Positions 14,201 to 27,649 of a stretch of DNA of 64,000 nt are shown here, piece by piece. Position 1 is the stretch's first letter. Every line of letters starts with the position of its first letter. The notes beneath the pieces were generated by a model. The model made no database searches, had not been told where the DNA came from, and was given only the letters and a program-made list of their open reading frames with translations. The DNA comes from Hamiltosporidium tvaerminnensis FI-OER-3-3 (Eukaryota; Fungi; Microsporidia), in contig CM061256.1 of the NCBI GenBank assembly GCA_022605425.2, positions 62,001 through 126,000 on the forward strand, in the 5' to 3' direction. A program made the translations under genes and the position numbers.

Positions 14201-16995
14201 GAATTTTTTCACTTCTCTTTTAAAACGAGTAGGTTTAATGATTTTCTTTTTTAAAAACACTCTCAGGTATATTTAAAGAATGAAGTATTGCCTAGAAGCT
14301 CAAGTGATGTTGAAATACGAACCAGGTACTACTTATATTAGAAAAAAGAAATTTTTTAGTGATAGGTATTGTATTATTTTCTCTATAGTGACTATTTAGT
14401 CAACTTGTTGATATAGGTATGTCATAATTTATTTCAAGAAAAGAATTTATAGTGGAAATATGTTTGAGATAGTTTGTTCTGTGGATATTTTATTTGCGCA
14501 TACAAATGAATTATACGAACAAAAAATATATGAGATTACAATCTACCCAAGGGGTTTTATATTTAATTTGGGATCAGAATCGTTCGATCAATCTGATACA
14601 TAAATTATAACATTGAGGCAAACAAGTAATGACTAATAAGATCATAAGACTCGGTTTAAATGTAATTTATATGAACTGTAAAAATATACTGCTTTTATAA
14701 AATTGCATATGATTCTCATTTAAATTGAAATTCTCATTTGAAAACATATCAGAAAGAGTAGTTCTAAAGATGTTGAAATTTTTAACGGTTTAATTTACAG
14801 TTAAACTACTTTTGAACCTCTATATTCCTCTTCAGATTGTATTTATAAAATTTTCTTTGAGTGCGATAGGTTTTAATGTATATTTATACTTTTATGAAGT
14901 CATAGTTTCGCGATACTTTTAATCTGAACAGATCTATGTAGCTTAGCAAAATCAATTGGTTTAAATAATTTTTATAGAATCTTTTTTCTAGTTCCATGGT
15001 ATAAATTTTAGGAACAATTATTGTTTAAGTTTTTTTGTGTTTCAAAAAATATATTTAGCTTTCTTCGATTTCTAAAGTTTAATCATGGTTTGATAAACGA
15101 ATAATGCAAAATTAAGTGCTCAAAAAATATCAAATAGATTTAGCCGGGTATATAAAATGATGTTTTTTCTGCCTGAATTAAGAAATCCTAGATTTAATAA
15201 AAATAACTATTTCCGATTATTTTACAACACAAATAATTTTTGAAAACTTCAGTCTATAAATGCTTGAGAATATTCTATTTAATGTGTACATACTAATTTT
15301 TTTAATTCAAAGATTATAATTTCTAATTATGTTTTTTACTTTCAGGCAAAGCTTTTCATTAATATTATATTATTTGAGGCAGCAGGAAGCATATTTACAC
15401 TTTTTTAAATGCTAAATGTGTATATCATAGTAATTCAACATTACGACTTAAATGGAATAATAAATAAAAGCATTTTATAGAATTTTATTTCATCTTATAC
15501 AAATATCTTGGTATATTATACTCATGTCTTTTTTTCTTTTAAGTTTCTTTCTAATCACCTAGAATATTCGAAAAAAAACACACATTTTAAACTTTTTAAA
15601 TACTTTAAAAACTTAATATGTACTGAAATTATTTGAAGATTAGATTTCGAGTTTAAATCTTAGTTATTCAAGGTAGCAAATTGGATTGGTTGTGGCAACA
15701 CAATTATTTGCAGATTTATATGCAACATTTTTTAGGTTATGACTTGATTTGATTGCCAATTAAGACTTGCAGATGATTTAATCCATCATTTCTGATATTT
15801 TCTTATTTATAGTATTCTAAGAGAAATATTCAAAAATAAGTAATTCAAAGGAACATGAAAAATTTTCTGGGGATATTTATAAGATTTGGTAGTGATTTCG
15901 ATACAGAATTTTAAATCGTACCGTTACTAATCAAATAAACGGTCTCATATATTTCTATATATTAAACACATGAAACTTCAAAAGAGACCACGGAAATATT
16001 AGCAGTGTTATTCTCAAAACCCTAACTGGGTTGCCATTGATAAGAAAAGCCTGAGCATACAGAGGGTACGACTTTGAAAAAAGTGACCGAATACTGTAAT
16101 TATTTAGATATACATTTATGCGCTTAGAGTCGTTCAAAATATTTTTAGCGAACTATTTGAGGGCGCATTTGGTTCGTCTGTACTGTGAAACATCTTGTCA
16201 GATCGAGTCTCTAGATAATATTTGTTGCGTTTCAATTTTCCAATGACTTTTAAATTTAGTTTTTTTCGATTTAAATTTTTAACTATCAATTTCTAAATGA
16301 AATAGAAATTTCTAATCTAATAGTTTAAAAGAAAACTACAAATTGACACAAAATTTTATAGATCTTGCACGGACTAATTACATTCTTTTTTTTATAAAAT
16401 ACTACTATATAAGCAATATTTTATGCTATATTACATTAATAACAAAGTAAATCATTCTTATAAAAAGATATAAAGCAATTATATTTTTCTAGTAAACAAG
16501 AAATATTTGAGTTTCTAAATCTAAAACTATAACAACATATTGGCTTACAATTTATTCAGTCTAAATTTAAAGCTACGATTAGACATTTGAATTTTTTTTG
16601 GTAATTTTTTTTCTAAAAATATAATTTGTCCTTTTTTAGTTAATTTCGGAATATTTTTCGATTCCTTTTAATTGTAAAAAATTTTATAAAATATATTTTT
16701 TTCTATTAAAGATATATAAAATAATGGCTTGTTTTACTATTTAAATCCAAAAGATGCATTAAAGTATTAAAAATAATTTGTATCTAATTTTTTAAGCGTT
16801 TGATTCTTTAAGAACAATTTTATATTAATTTTTTTAATAAGAAATTACATTTTGCAAAAAATCGAAATTACAAGATTTATTTCAGCATTTCAAAGGAACA
16901 TTTGTGCGCTTCTTGACAAAAAATCGATAAGTTTTTTGTATCAGATCTAAATGGATTTCTTGGTTTAGAATAAAAAGAAAATTAAAATCATAGCC

Positions 16996-18618
16996 ATGTT
17001 TTTTATATCATATTTAGGGATTTTTAGAAATTTTGTTAAATCAGCTATAGAAAGTTTACCTTCCAATTATTATGCCGAAGAATATAAAATAGACGATCAT
17101 ATAAAACGACACAATATTGGTGCATTCTGGTGTGAAGATATTATGGGAACACCAAGCACCTATTTGCATCCAAGTACTACCTTGATACAAGAATTTTTAC
17201 CTTGCAAAGCCGAACACGTTGGTAAGTCTACAGACGAATACTCCATACCATTTTCATATAATGCTTTAGATTCTCATATGGCTAAAACTTCACAAAATCC
17301 AATCCCTTCAAATAATACTCATGCCTACCATACATTATCAAGAATCCCGCGATTTTCAGCTTCGGATTCAACTCAAACACCTTCTTGTATGAATACTTTG
17401 CTAAATATTGATGAAAAAGACACTGAAAACCCGTTTCCCAAAGAAATTCCTGAAGAATATTATTATAAAACAGATCTACAGTGCCAAATTTCTGAGAAAA
17501 TAAAGAAACTAACACAGATTTGTAAACGTATTCGCAAAGATAAAATAAACTGTACTTCTTATAGTGATATTTTATGTTTTTTAGATGACTCATATAGAAT
17601 CAGAAATTTATTTTTGAAAAATATTTTCATGAATAATTGCAAGTTGTTTCGGAAACTAAGAAACATTGAGGCAGGAATGAAAGAATATTGGCAAGATGAA
17701 CGAATATTAAAGGAAGTTGCAGTTATTTTCAAAGCCAGAATAGATCAGATCGAAATAGCGAAAAAAAATTGTGCAATACTATCATTTTTTCCAGGCTTAA
17801 TTTTTATAAAAGATTTCATAAACAAAAGATTCACTAATATGTCATTAAATGAAAGACCTATGATAAGTATATATTATGGATGTAAAATAATCGAAAGTAT
17901 TTTGCATTATGATTCTTTAAAATTTACCGAATTAAATCATTCTTTTGTATATGGAGAGAATTCAGAATATCCTAAATTTCGATTATGCCGCAATTCTTTA
18001 CAAATAACAAAAAATTATTTGTTACAAATTCTTAATATCGTTAGATACATCTATGAAGCCTTAGAAATGCGACAAATTGATCAAAAAATGACCAAATTAA
18101 TAAAATCTGCTTGTTATTATTTAAAGAATGATTTTAGAAATAATAGGTATACAAAAAACATCATAACTAGATCCTTGCTTGATCTGGTATTTTTATTCGA
18201 TGAAGATTCAATAGAATATATATTAGAATACAACTCTGATACGTGTAAATCGGATCTTAGTATATTTCCACTTTTCAGATCGTTTCAACAAGACATAATT
18301 GATTTTTCAGTATTTGAAAGTCGTAAATTTATTAAATATTATTTAGAAATATTTGAGAATAAAATATTCAAAGAATATATCAACATACCCGAACAAAAAT
18401 ATGAACGACACATTTCATATTTGAATAAGATTAGAGAAAATATATCACAAAATCTTACGGATATTGAAATAAATACTATTGCCTTCGAGGCACTGGAAAA
18501 AACTCAAATATTTATACACTATTATATCAATGTAAAAGTAAATTCAATGATTTTTACAGATGAGTACAAAGAGAAAATGCTGGAAGCTTTCATTGAGGAA
18601 ATAAATTACACGGAATAA
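16996..18618 (+). CDS. Uncharacterised ~540-aa protein, same family (member B)
   Basis: Intact ORF with GCC-ATG start and hydrophobic N-terminus MFFISYLGIF. Contains NCAILSFFPGLIFIKDFI, LLDLVFLFDE and VNSMIFTD. The stop overlaps AATAAA. Confidence 0.88.
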   Translation: MFFISYLGIFRNFVKSAIESLPSNYYAEEYKIDDHIKRHNIGAFWCEDIMGTPSTYLHPSTTLIQEFLPCKAEHVGKSTDEYSIPFSYNALDSHMAKTSQNPIPSNNTHAYHTLSRIPRFSASDSTQTPSCMNTLLNIDEKDTENPFPKEIPEEYYYKTDLQCQISEKIKKLTQICKRIRKDKINCTSYSDILCFLDDSYRIRNLFLKNIFMNNCKLFRKLRNIEAGMKEYWQDERILKEVAVIFKARIDQIEIAKKNCAILSFFPGLIFIKDFINKRFTNMSLNERPMISIYYGCKIIESILHYDSLKFTELNHSFVYGENSEYPKFRLCRNSLQITKNYLLQILNIVRYIYEALEMRQIDQKMTKLIKSACYYLKNDFRNNRYTKNIITRSLLDLVFLFDEDSIEYILEYNSDTCKSDLSIFPLFRSFQQDIIDFSVFESRKFIKYYLEIFENKIFKEYINIPEQKYERHISYLNKIRENISQNLTDIEINTIAFEALEKTQIFIHYYINVKVNSMIFTDEYKEKMLEAFIEEINYTE

Positions 18619-19074
18619 AATTAATAAAATAAAATTTGAGTTTAATTCTTCTTTCGCAATTTCAAGATCTAAACAATTGATTCGAGAAATTTTAAATTTA
18701 TTTTGTTTCTTTATATGTTAAAACCAATCGTTAGTTAAACTAGTTATTTTAAATATATTAGTAAGAAATCTTATTATAGATTACCATTACTAAAAATTTC
18801 ATTAAAATATAAAAAAGAACATAATTACGCAAAGAAAATACGTTATATTATTTAGGTTCATAACACATTATATAATTATATTCTTAGATATCCATAATAA
18901 ATATTAAATTTTAATGACATTTTTAAATTAATATATTTTCATTATTGACTGGAATATTCTCGTAAATTTTTTAAATACAAGAAAAATGCCGACAAAATTC
19001 CTTTTTTACATATTTTTTCAGCAAAACCGTATTTAATTAATGCTATTTGCAGCTAATTATTTGATAGCCTTTCG

Positions 19075-19760
19075 TGGTAAAAGATAAAAACAACGTTAAA
19101 ACTTTTATGCCTGGCGTGTTTTTAAGAAAATCCGTGTAAAAATAAGAGTCAAGATTTTTTGAATTTTTAACACGCACATGATCTTTTGATGGCAAGGGTT
19201 CATTAACAGAGAATTTATGAAAAATAAGCGAAATTTTTTTTATGAAGTCTGTTTATGGATTTTTTTACAGACTATATTGAAATGCAAGAATAATACTATA
19301 GGTAATTTCCGTATAGAAGCCAGGAAATTGGACCCCACTCTATATAGTTGAAAGACTTAGCGCATGTAGAAAACAAAGATAAAACTCTAATAACCCGCAA
19401 TTTTAGAAAGCAGATTGAAATTATTGTATTAATTAAACAATAATAGCCCCCAGATTCTTGTGCAGAAATATATTAGCTGGTTGCTTATTTTTAGAAAACC
19501 TAAGATAACTGAATATTCTGCGGATCCTGAGGAAGTATAGTCCAGTTTTACACCAAATTCTGCCCGGAGAACGAAAATAGACAATTCTAAAGTAAATATT
19601 TTAAAAACATATATAACCATTTACGTGTCACCTTGAGATGTATCGCAAGGAATGACGATGGAGACCTAGGAAATATAACCTTTGAATAAGCTCTAACTAA
19701 GTTTACTCCACAAAAAATATCTCACTTATGCTAACATTTTATAAAGATGTGAAATTTTAA
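19075..19760 (+). mobile_element. Diverged copy of the ~735-bp repeat
   Basis: Colinear patches matching 2788-3522: ACTTTTATGCCTGGC~GCTTTCTGCTCGGC, TAGGTAATT, AAGACTTAGCGC~AAGACTTACCGC, ATAAAGATGTGA~TAAAAGATGTGA. Boundaries are approximate. Confidence 0.6.
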
Positions 19761-19962
19761 ACCAAGCTTTCTATATCGAAGACATTCATTCTAAATAGAA
19801 ATCAATTACTCTGTACCTTTAAAATTATCCGCAAATATCTCTGCTAAAGTCCATACTAAAATCACGATTTCTAATTTAATTTAAAAGTCTTAGTTTTGGT
19901 TAAATATTAGCTTGTTATAAACCCTGCAAAAAATCTTTTACCCGAGTATAAAATATATCATT

Positions 19963-20197
19963 CATTCATCCTTGGTACTACAGCCCTTTGCAAGCCTTGA
20001 CATCCTTTAGTGATACCGCACACCGGTCTTTTTCTAGTGGGTTTGTTTACTTATTGGTTTTCGTAACAGGTAGTTTTAATGGGTGGGTTGTTAAGCCTAC
20101 GCTGAACCCCAACATAGAGGATCAGTCTCTTTCAGTCGCCTCTTACGACAATTAGAGAATACTCTAAACCAATTCTGCTCCTACCATGGTGGGGAAG
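19963..20197 (-). mobile_element. Bipartite RTE-derived SINE-like element
   Basis: On the minus strand: GTCGTAAGAGGCGAC hairpin, GGCTTAACAACCC...TGTTACGAAA (RTE 5'UTR-like), AGGGCTGTAGTACC followed by a (GAAT)n tail (RTE 3' end). TSD TAAAATATRTCATT at 19949-19962 and 20198-20211. Second copy at 28930-29160. Confidence 0.8.
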
Positions 20198-22289
20198 TAA
20201 AATATGTCATTGGCTTATAAAATGAAGTATCATGTCGATGTGTTTTGTGTTACAGAAAAGGATAAAATTTTACTTAAATATTGACATATAGACAATATTA
20301 TGTCTATTGGTCTCGAAACAGCCACCCTTATCATATTTTAGGTCCCAAAAAATGTGATTTGAGCACAACCCTAGTAAAATAGACAACTGTCATTAAAGAA
20401 AAAATGCATAGCGTCTGATAATATAGGCAAAATGAAAGGCTCTGTTCACCAATAGCCATGTTATTAAATTGGAATGTTGAGAAACGTAAATAATTTATAT
20501 TTTTAGGAAGATTCATAGGGTAACTTGAAACGATTTAAATATCAATTAAAATTTTAATTATAAGATAAAAAATGAAATTTAATCAAATAATACAAGCTAA
20601 AATACATAAAGGTTATTATGTAACAGACTAATCTACACTGAATCATGAAAGTCTCGTATAGTCAAAAAATAGCGTTAAATTTCCGAAACTTTTAAGTCTT
20701 TTTGTTATAAAAATTTTAACTTTTTTTAATCTAATTTCTATTTTTAAAAAGAGTCTTTTTATAAATTTTATGTTTTTTAAGTCTTAAAAGAAGTACTGTT
20801 ATATTCTGGCTTTTATAATTTACAAAAATATAAGCGATTTTAATTTTATAGGCAACATGATCTTAAAAACATTGTTAAACCAAGAAACTACCTTATTGGA
20901 TATTTCGGCATCATTAAAAAGCTTTTAACTTTTTCAGTATTAACTCATATATATTCTTGATTATAGCACATAACTTAGATTTGGAATAATTGGAACTGTA
21001 AATTAACAATTATTGTTTTTAATAAAAAATAAACTATTGATACAAATTTTATGAAAAATTGTGTACTAAAATTTTTGAAATTAAAGCGAGTCTCAGCTAA
21101 AGGCCCTAATAAAACCATATTTTGTTTTGGAGATTTTAAACACAATCAGTCATATTTTCTGTACAAATTTTCAATCATGACTTATAATTAAATTTAACGT
21201 TCATATGATATCTTAGAAATATATGATATTTTTCTAAGGTTTAAATGTTTTCTTATTAATGTAAATCAGTCGAAGTTTATCATATATTTCCGTATTATTT
21301 TTACAAATTTCAGTATAGCTTTACATTTCGGTGCAGAAATTCTAATATATTCTTTAAATTTTTTACTTTGGGGTTATTTTAATTGATAATTACAATGTTT
21401 TAATGATTCATTAATGTAAAAGAAAACAGTCTTACGATTCAATGTTATTAATATTGGTATGTTTTCATACACAATGTGGCTTTTTGTTAAATTTATGCTG
21501 CTTTATTTTGTTCTCACTATTGAATAGAATTACAAAGCAAATTATCATCGTAGAATAATATTCTACCGACGCTTGTTTACTAACAAATAATTTTCCAAAA
21601 ACATGGCTTTTTGTGCGAATGAAAATGTTGCTGTTTTAAATCTCGGCAGCGTAATCGAATCATCATTTTTAGGTAAATTATATATTCATAAATCGAAATG
21701 GTTTTTCTTCTTTAGCGAAAATATTTTTTCTTTGATCTTAATGTTTAAGATTTTAGCATATGTTTTATCCTAATATATTCATGTCAAATATACTGAGGTC
21801 AAAATGGAAATATTTTTTATAAATCATAAATAATTACATGTCGGAATATGTCGCCTTCTTTTATGTTATTTCTACGTATTGATCGCCTATATTCTTTTAT
21901 AAAACAGAAACCTTTAAAAAAATAAAAATAAAGTGAAAATTTTGGTTCTCGATTTTTAATTCAAGATTTTATAGCGATAAATGAATTCGTAAAAAAGAAA
22001 AACACATTATTAAATAAATATGTAGTCAAAGAGCATAAAATATATTCTCAAGTATCTTAATACAAGTTAATACTTTTTTTATTCATTCTTAGGCATTAAA
22101 AAGTCATTTTAGTAACATTAAAACTATATTACCAAATTTGTGGAAAAAAAGTTTGTGATATAATTAAATTTGGTCTTTATTGTCGTTATTTTGAGAAGAT
22201 TACTTATATAACGAACGAAAAATATATTTTTTTTACAATATCTTTATAATAATTTTATTTAATAAAATCCTAGGCTAAAACCTCTTTCA

Positions 22290-23060
22290 AAATTTTAGAT
22301 TTTTCTTCACTTCTTTACCACCATCCTTTCCTCTCCTATATGGATTCTTCATTTTTGGGTATTTCGGTTCCTCTTTCATATATAGAGATGCATTATTTTT
22401 TGTTTTAATATTGTTTGACAACATCCTCTCGCTCCTTCCTTGTTTTAAAGGAAGTGTTGGGTTTTTAAGATTCAAGCTGCTTCATCAACATTTAATAAAG
22501 CCCTATCTCTACGCTTTTCAGCATATGGCTCTAAAATTTCTGCTTCGTCGATTGAATAAAACATTTCAACAGTCTTCTGGATTACTGTTAACTGAATTTA
22601 TGCCTCTACATTTTTAAGATTTTGGTGTCTTTTAACCTATATCCTATGATATTTTATTAAATCTGTTTTAATTCATCGAATATGGAATTATATCCATACG
22701 AAATATAGAAAACGACTTAGCTTATTGGCTAGCAGATCATACTTCCCAAACTTTTATATTTGACTATTTGAAGTAAATATTGTAAGGTATTTCTACTCTA
22801 ATGTGAGTTATATCAGGCTAACTCTTAACTCAAATAAATATGTCCAGTCTTGTATAGCAATGTTAAACCCAAATTTTGATTTTGGTGTTTATTTTATCTC
22901 TACATACTCTTTATCAAAAATTTTGAAAACCCCTGCTTTCAATTCGTTTTGAACGCCTGTGATTATATCTACTACGTAAGAATGAATTATAAATCATGCT
23001 ACATATTTTTTTACTCGAATAAACATTATCAAGCATTTTTTCATTCTGTAGCTGAATTTT
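22290..23060 (-). mobile_element. Old, degenerate R4/Dong-type 3' fragment
   Basis: CTTCGTCGAT, ATGCCTCTACAT and ATTGGCTAGCAGATCATACTTCC are colinear with 180-400. Confidence 0.75.
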
Positions 23061-23479
23061 CCACTGTTTCTCATATTACTAGATTTAATATTACAATCTT
23101 AAGATAGAATAAAAATATGATCCATTATTCTAATTAAATAATTTTGGATCTTCTAAATATTTTCTCCCAGCTTTTAATCACCTCGCTTTTGTCCAAATCC
23201 GACACTTATTTTATATTTATGGCCGGTCCCTCTATTTATATAAGAGGTATGCTATTTTTTGATTTAAGATGCCAAACACATTCTTGCCTGTTACGCGCTT
23301 TTATCCAAGGGTGTGGATTGCTCGTACTCCTTAAGTCCTTTAATAACACACTTTCATTTTTTTCCCAGCTCGATTAAAACATTATAAAATATATATGATT
23401 GAAATAAATATTCTAATATCGTCTTGGAATTCTAGCGCTTAAAAGTAGTGCAATTTTGCTTGAATATGACTCGTTTTAG

Positions 23480-24300
23480 CAAAGCGCGTTTTATCAAAAT
23501 TTTTAAAATGCAAAGAAAAAATGACATTGATGTAATGAAAATTTTCCTTTTGAACAAAAAGACTTCTTTAAATAATGTTCTGCTAGTAAATAACTATAAA
23601 AGGCGCAAATATTCCTCTGGAAGAATTCGTTTCCGCTGTTATTTTTGTGATAGGAAGCATACCGAATATTGTTTAAATCCAATTGAAAACATCAAAATTG
23701 GAATTAATGGTATAATTTTAATGGTTTGGAAATTACATTTAAATTTCCTGTGGTGACAAGAACAAAGCATAGTTTTTTAGATGTAATCATAGCAGACACT
23801 ATTAAAGAATTGATATTGCTAATATAAAAAATTTCTTCAATACCTAAAAAAAAAGCGAAATAGCAGGATCTGAAGCAATATTTAAAATAGAAGAAACGGT
23901 TACTAGCAAGAGAAAGTATAGCGGAAGTCGCTTTGTTAGTCCGAAATGAGTTTATGTAACTATATATGCAGCAAAAACGGGTTTCAATATGCAAATGGTT
24001 CTAAATAGAACGTTATTTGTTTTAGAAATGCAATTTAAGATCCATTTTTTTAAGATGTACAGTATAACCTTTGAAAATAGTTCGTACTTATCGATATTGT
24101 GAGATAATTCAGGTATTTCTTTTTATCGTGTGAACTATTCATTAAATTCCCTCCAAAATCGGGTATATTTAGCACCATTTGAAATTTATCTTAAAGATTG
24201 CAAAGTTTAAAACGAAAAATAATTTTTAACAAACGCTTCAATCGAAAGATAAATTTAAGAAGTAATTTTTATGAAGAATCATCGATGTAAAAACACAAGA
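23480..24300 (+). mobile_element. Decayed Merlin (IS1595/ISXO2-like) transposase
   Basis: RFRCYFC zinc-finger remnant in ORF 23448-23756. EIAGSEAIFKIEETVTSKRKYSGSR...*V at ~23857-23955 resembles the Merlin IGG..VEIDES..KRKYNRGR..WV motif. RVNYS resembles tVNHS. TIRs not found. Confidence 0.6.
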
Positions 24301-24849
24301 AACTGTCCTTAAAATATTTTATGGTTTTACCTAATGGGATAAATTTATTAAAATAATTTATTTTAAATGTGATTTTATACCAAATGTGTGAGTCAAGAGC
24401 AAAGTATTTAATTTTCTTCCTTTAAATTATTCTTTTCCTTCAGGCCCTTATCGAAAGTCCGAGCTCAAATTTGCCTTATCAGTTTAAATTGAATATTTTA
24501 CGAATCTGGCTAAAATTGTTTAAACAGCGAGAGATTTCAAACTTTAGAGACATCATCACTGAAAATCTTTCAGTTGACGGCATTTATAGCATATCGTTTT
24601 AAAAAAATAGTTTTAATCTAGAAAAAAACTATTTTAATGAAAAATAGGATATAGGTAGATTGTAATTTAAAATTTTTTATTTTGTTTGCAATTAGCAATA
24701 TAAATGGTCTAAAAAATTCTATGTATCTACCACAGATATAAATATATTAAATGTATTGATTGTTATACAGTTCTAAAAAAGTCGAAACACAATAATTCGT
24801 TTGTCATAAAACTTCTATGTTTGCGTAATGTTGGGTTTTTAAGATACGA

Positions 24850-25520
24850 GCCATGAAATCTTCCAAATCAAAGTATAGATCGAACTACTCAATGGGACAA
24901 TTATTGGGAAAATCACGAAAGAATTAACTGAGCTCGAAGATAAAGAAACCAGATAAAATTCTTAATAAAATTGTATTTGAAAATAATACTTAGTCGTGTG
25001 ATTCGATTAATATGTCTTATATGCCGAATTCCAATGCTAAACAAGTACCCATATATTGCCTTCTACGGCTAATTTCATAGAAAATGAAAAAAATATTCTA
25101 ATTCATATAAGATGACTCGGTTTTTGAATCCATATTTTCTTTTGCTGACGAAATAAATAGTACACCTGTTATGGTAGAGGAGGCTGTAAGTTATAAATAA
25201 TTCTTAAAAACTTGATAGAAGATAATGAACGCTTTAATTTCGATAATTACAAAGATGAACTTGTGCATCACCCTGCATCGAATTTGTTACAAAAGACGGG
25301 TAGTTATTTGAAAATGCTTAAATTCTAATTAATAGCGGAGAAACAAAATATTCTGCTATTACGGAGAAGAAGACTGAATTTTTATGGAGACAGTTACTTT
25401 CGAAATTTCGAGCTTAAACTAGAAAAACGTCTAAGAATATCCCGATTACAATGCAAAACAAATTTATGGTTTTTAAAGACTATCAATGCTTGTCGCATTC
25501 TATTTTACCTATGATTATTG
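24850..25520 (+). mobile_element. Possible heavily decayed Tc1/mariner transposase
   Basis: PVMVEEAVSY at ~25165 resembles the Tc1 GSVMVWG motif and has a plausible DE-like motif upstream. Many stops; no TIRs confirmed. Confidence 0.3.
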
Positions 25521-25949
25521 GTTCATTCTTTTTTTGTTTCTGTTTCTTATATGTTTTCGGAATATTGTTATTTTTTAACGGGTGTCTATTTTTGCAAACG
25601 AGTTCCTACATTAAGAAATTCCTCATATTTGTAGAACATCTATTATATGATTTAATTACATGGTTTATGCCAACTTTCAATATTACTATAAATAATTTTG
25701 ACTTATAGTTCTTACATACTTATTCCATTTCTCTTTTATCCCTCGGTGTCAATTTTTAACAGCTGTAAATTTTTCGATTACTTCATTTAATCTGTTGAAC
25801 TCGGAATTTTAAGGCTTGGCATATAAATCGCGTGTGGTTTATATCTCACTAAAATGTCAAATTATTTTAATAACAATTTCACACACTTATTACTAACGAG
25901 ATAATTTCAATAAGGTTATCTTCTTTTGACTTTTAAAAAAGTTCATAAC

Positions 25950-27649
25950 CAATAGTTTATTATGGAATAAATTGCACATGCAGTCGCTTCTTTTGCTTTT
26001 AAAATGCGCGTTACAGAAGAATTTTATAGTTACGGTTAGAAACATTGCTACTAGCAGTGATCTTTGCTTTTTCTTCCAAAAAATAAGTTCTTATCTTGTG
26101 AAATTGCTTTATCAATGCTATTCGGAAAGGTATACCACGATTCATTTTAAGATCCCATACTAAACTTTAACGTGAAATTTCGGGTGTAAAGCTATGTTCT
26201 ATGACACGAATTGGTGTTTGCCGCCTTTCTTATTATGGCTATCGTGATATTATTGATATTATTCGACTTTCTTCTTGCTTTCAGACTTAGAAATTCTATT
26301 AATTTTTCGGATTGTATATATCAATCGTCCCAGATCTGCAAATTAACATCACAGTTTAAATCGAAAGAAATCTCAAATACGATTGAGGCTGTTGTTTGTG
26401 AAATTACTTGCTGAGTCGTCGAATTCTTCTTAGATAGATTGCTGTGGAAATTGAAACAGTCTTGTCCTCAATTAATTTCAACTAGCTCGATTTGTTTTAC
26501 TGTTATGTCTCTCAGAGCAGTCCCGGTGTTTCGAGACACTTCGAATAGTATATTCTGCCAGTACATCTTAATTAAGAATTTTTTTCATGGTCCATATCTT
26601 TGACGAAGCGTTTAAACTGGTTCGTATATAGAAATCTGAGAATGTAAAAACGCTGATAATGTGTGAATTTAGGGATTGATACTCCTCAGAAAGGATTCAA
26701 TTATCACATCACCTCCGATATGTCATGAGTATACCTGGGAATGTTTATAGAGAAGATATTATTTTGTTTTTCTCTTGAACGTAATCCTTAATCGAATATT
26801 AAGAAACATGTGTAATTTTTCAAGAGTCAGCTGCTTCGTAATCGAATTTTTGTAATAAGGATTAAATTAAGATGGCAAGCTTTAGTTTCATTTCATGGAA
26901 GCACCTAGATTCAAGAATCTGTAGATAAGACCGACTTAAGCACTATACCTGTGAATCATTACAAATAATTAAAATGATTTCTATTTTAAAGCCGTTTGTC
27001 ATAGAGTCTGTAATTTTCTAAAATTTAAATGACTGAGAGGCATCATTGATCAACAAAAAAATTGATTAATCTTATATAAACATTCGCTCGAAGTCATACG
27101 CATCTTTTGCGTGATAGTATTTCGAGGAATAGATGGTTCGTGGAGGTGCAATCTGCAGGCTTGCCAGAACAAACAGCTCCTTACAAAAGAATGACATCTA
27201 TTTTTTTTATCTTTCTTGAGCTTAAATACAAACACATTGTCTTTGTGGAATATAAGAACTCTCTAAAGGTATTCTCATTGTTATTTGTTGCGAGAAGACG
27301 GATATAGAGCTATCTTGTTCTTTTGGTTTGTACGAAATTCAAAAAGGCACTTTTTATGTTTTTCCTAACGCACTTAACAAAAAATAAATACGTTTTTGCT
27401 ATAAAAAGATTGGAATTCACACGTTTGATGTGGTTCTTTGTCGAAAGCTACAGAAATTTTTAAACTGACTTTCTCTATCTTTGCAGAAAAAATCAAATAT
27501 GGACTCATTTAAGCCGAAATAGCTTTACTTTTTAAATATTCAACATTCTCGAAGTTAAAACACCCCAGAATATTATAAGTTTTATTCTCGAGCTTAATTG
27601 CTTCTCAGAAACGAAAAAGAGGCTCGTTCTTAGGCTTTAAAGGGGTTAA
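25950..27649 (-). mobile_element. Probable decayed piggyBac element
   Basis: TTAA-CCCC terminus on the minus strand (AGGGGTTAA at 27641-27649). Degenerate PGBD-like motifs occur in the expected order: MTSSEC/MsrnRF, LSTDS/lsiDE, CTGRI/GTiR, EDKTVSIST/W.D.K.V..ST and DVNL(AD)/GVDlaD. Other end not found. Confidence 0.45.

Larger units (their letters stand above)
916..18780. repeat. Left arm of a ~17.9-kb inverted segmental duplication
   Basis: The reverse complement matches 37868-55784. Mirrored ORF coordinates sum to 56700/56699 at the outer end and 56648 at the inner end. The match ends at AGCCT (916) and TTATTATAGA (18780). Confidence 0.95.

Noticed and set aside
13540-14238. TTAA-CC termini suggesting a piggyBac MITE (similar end at ~8843-8854)
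   Set aside because: The terminal repeats are short and imperfect, and no internal homology was seen between the candidates.
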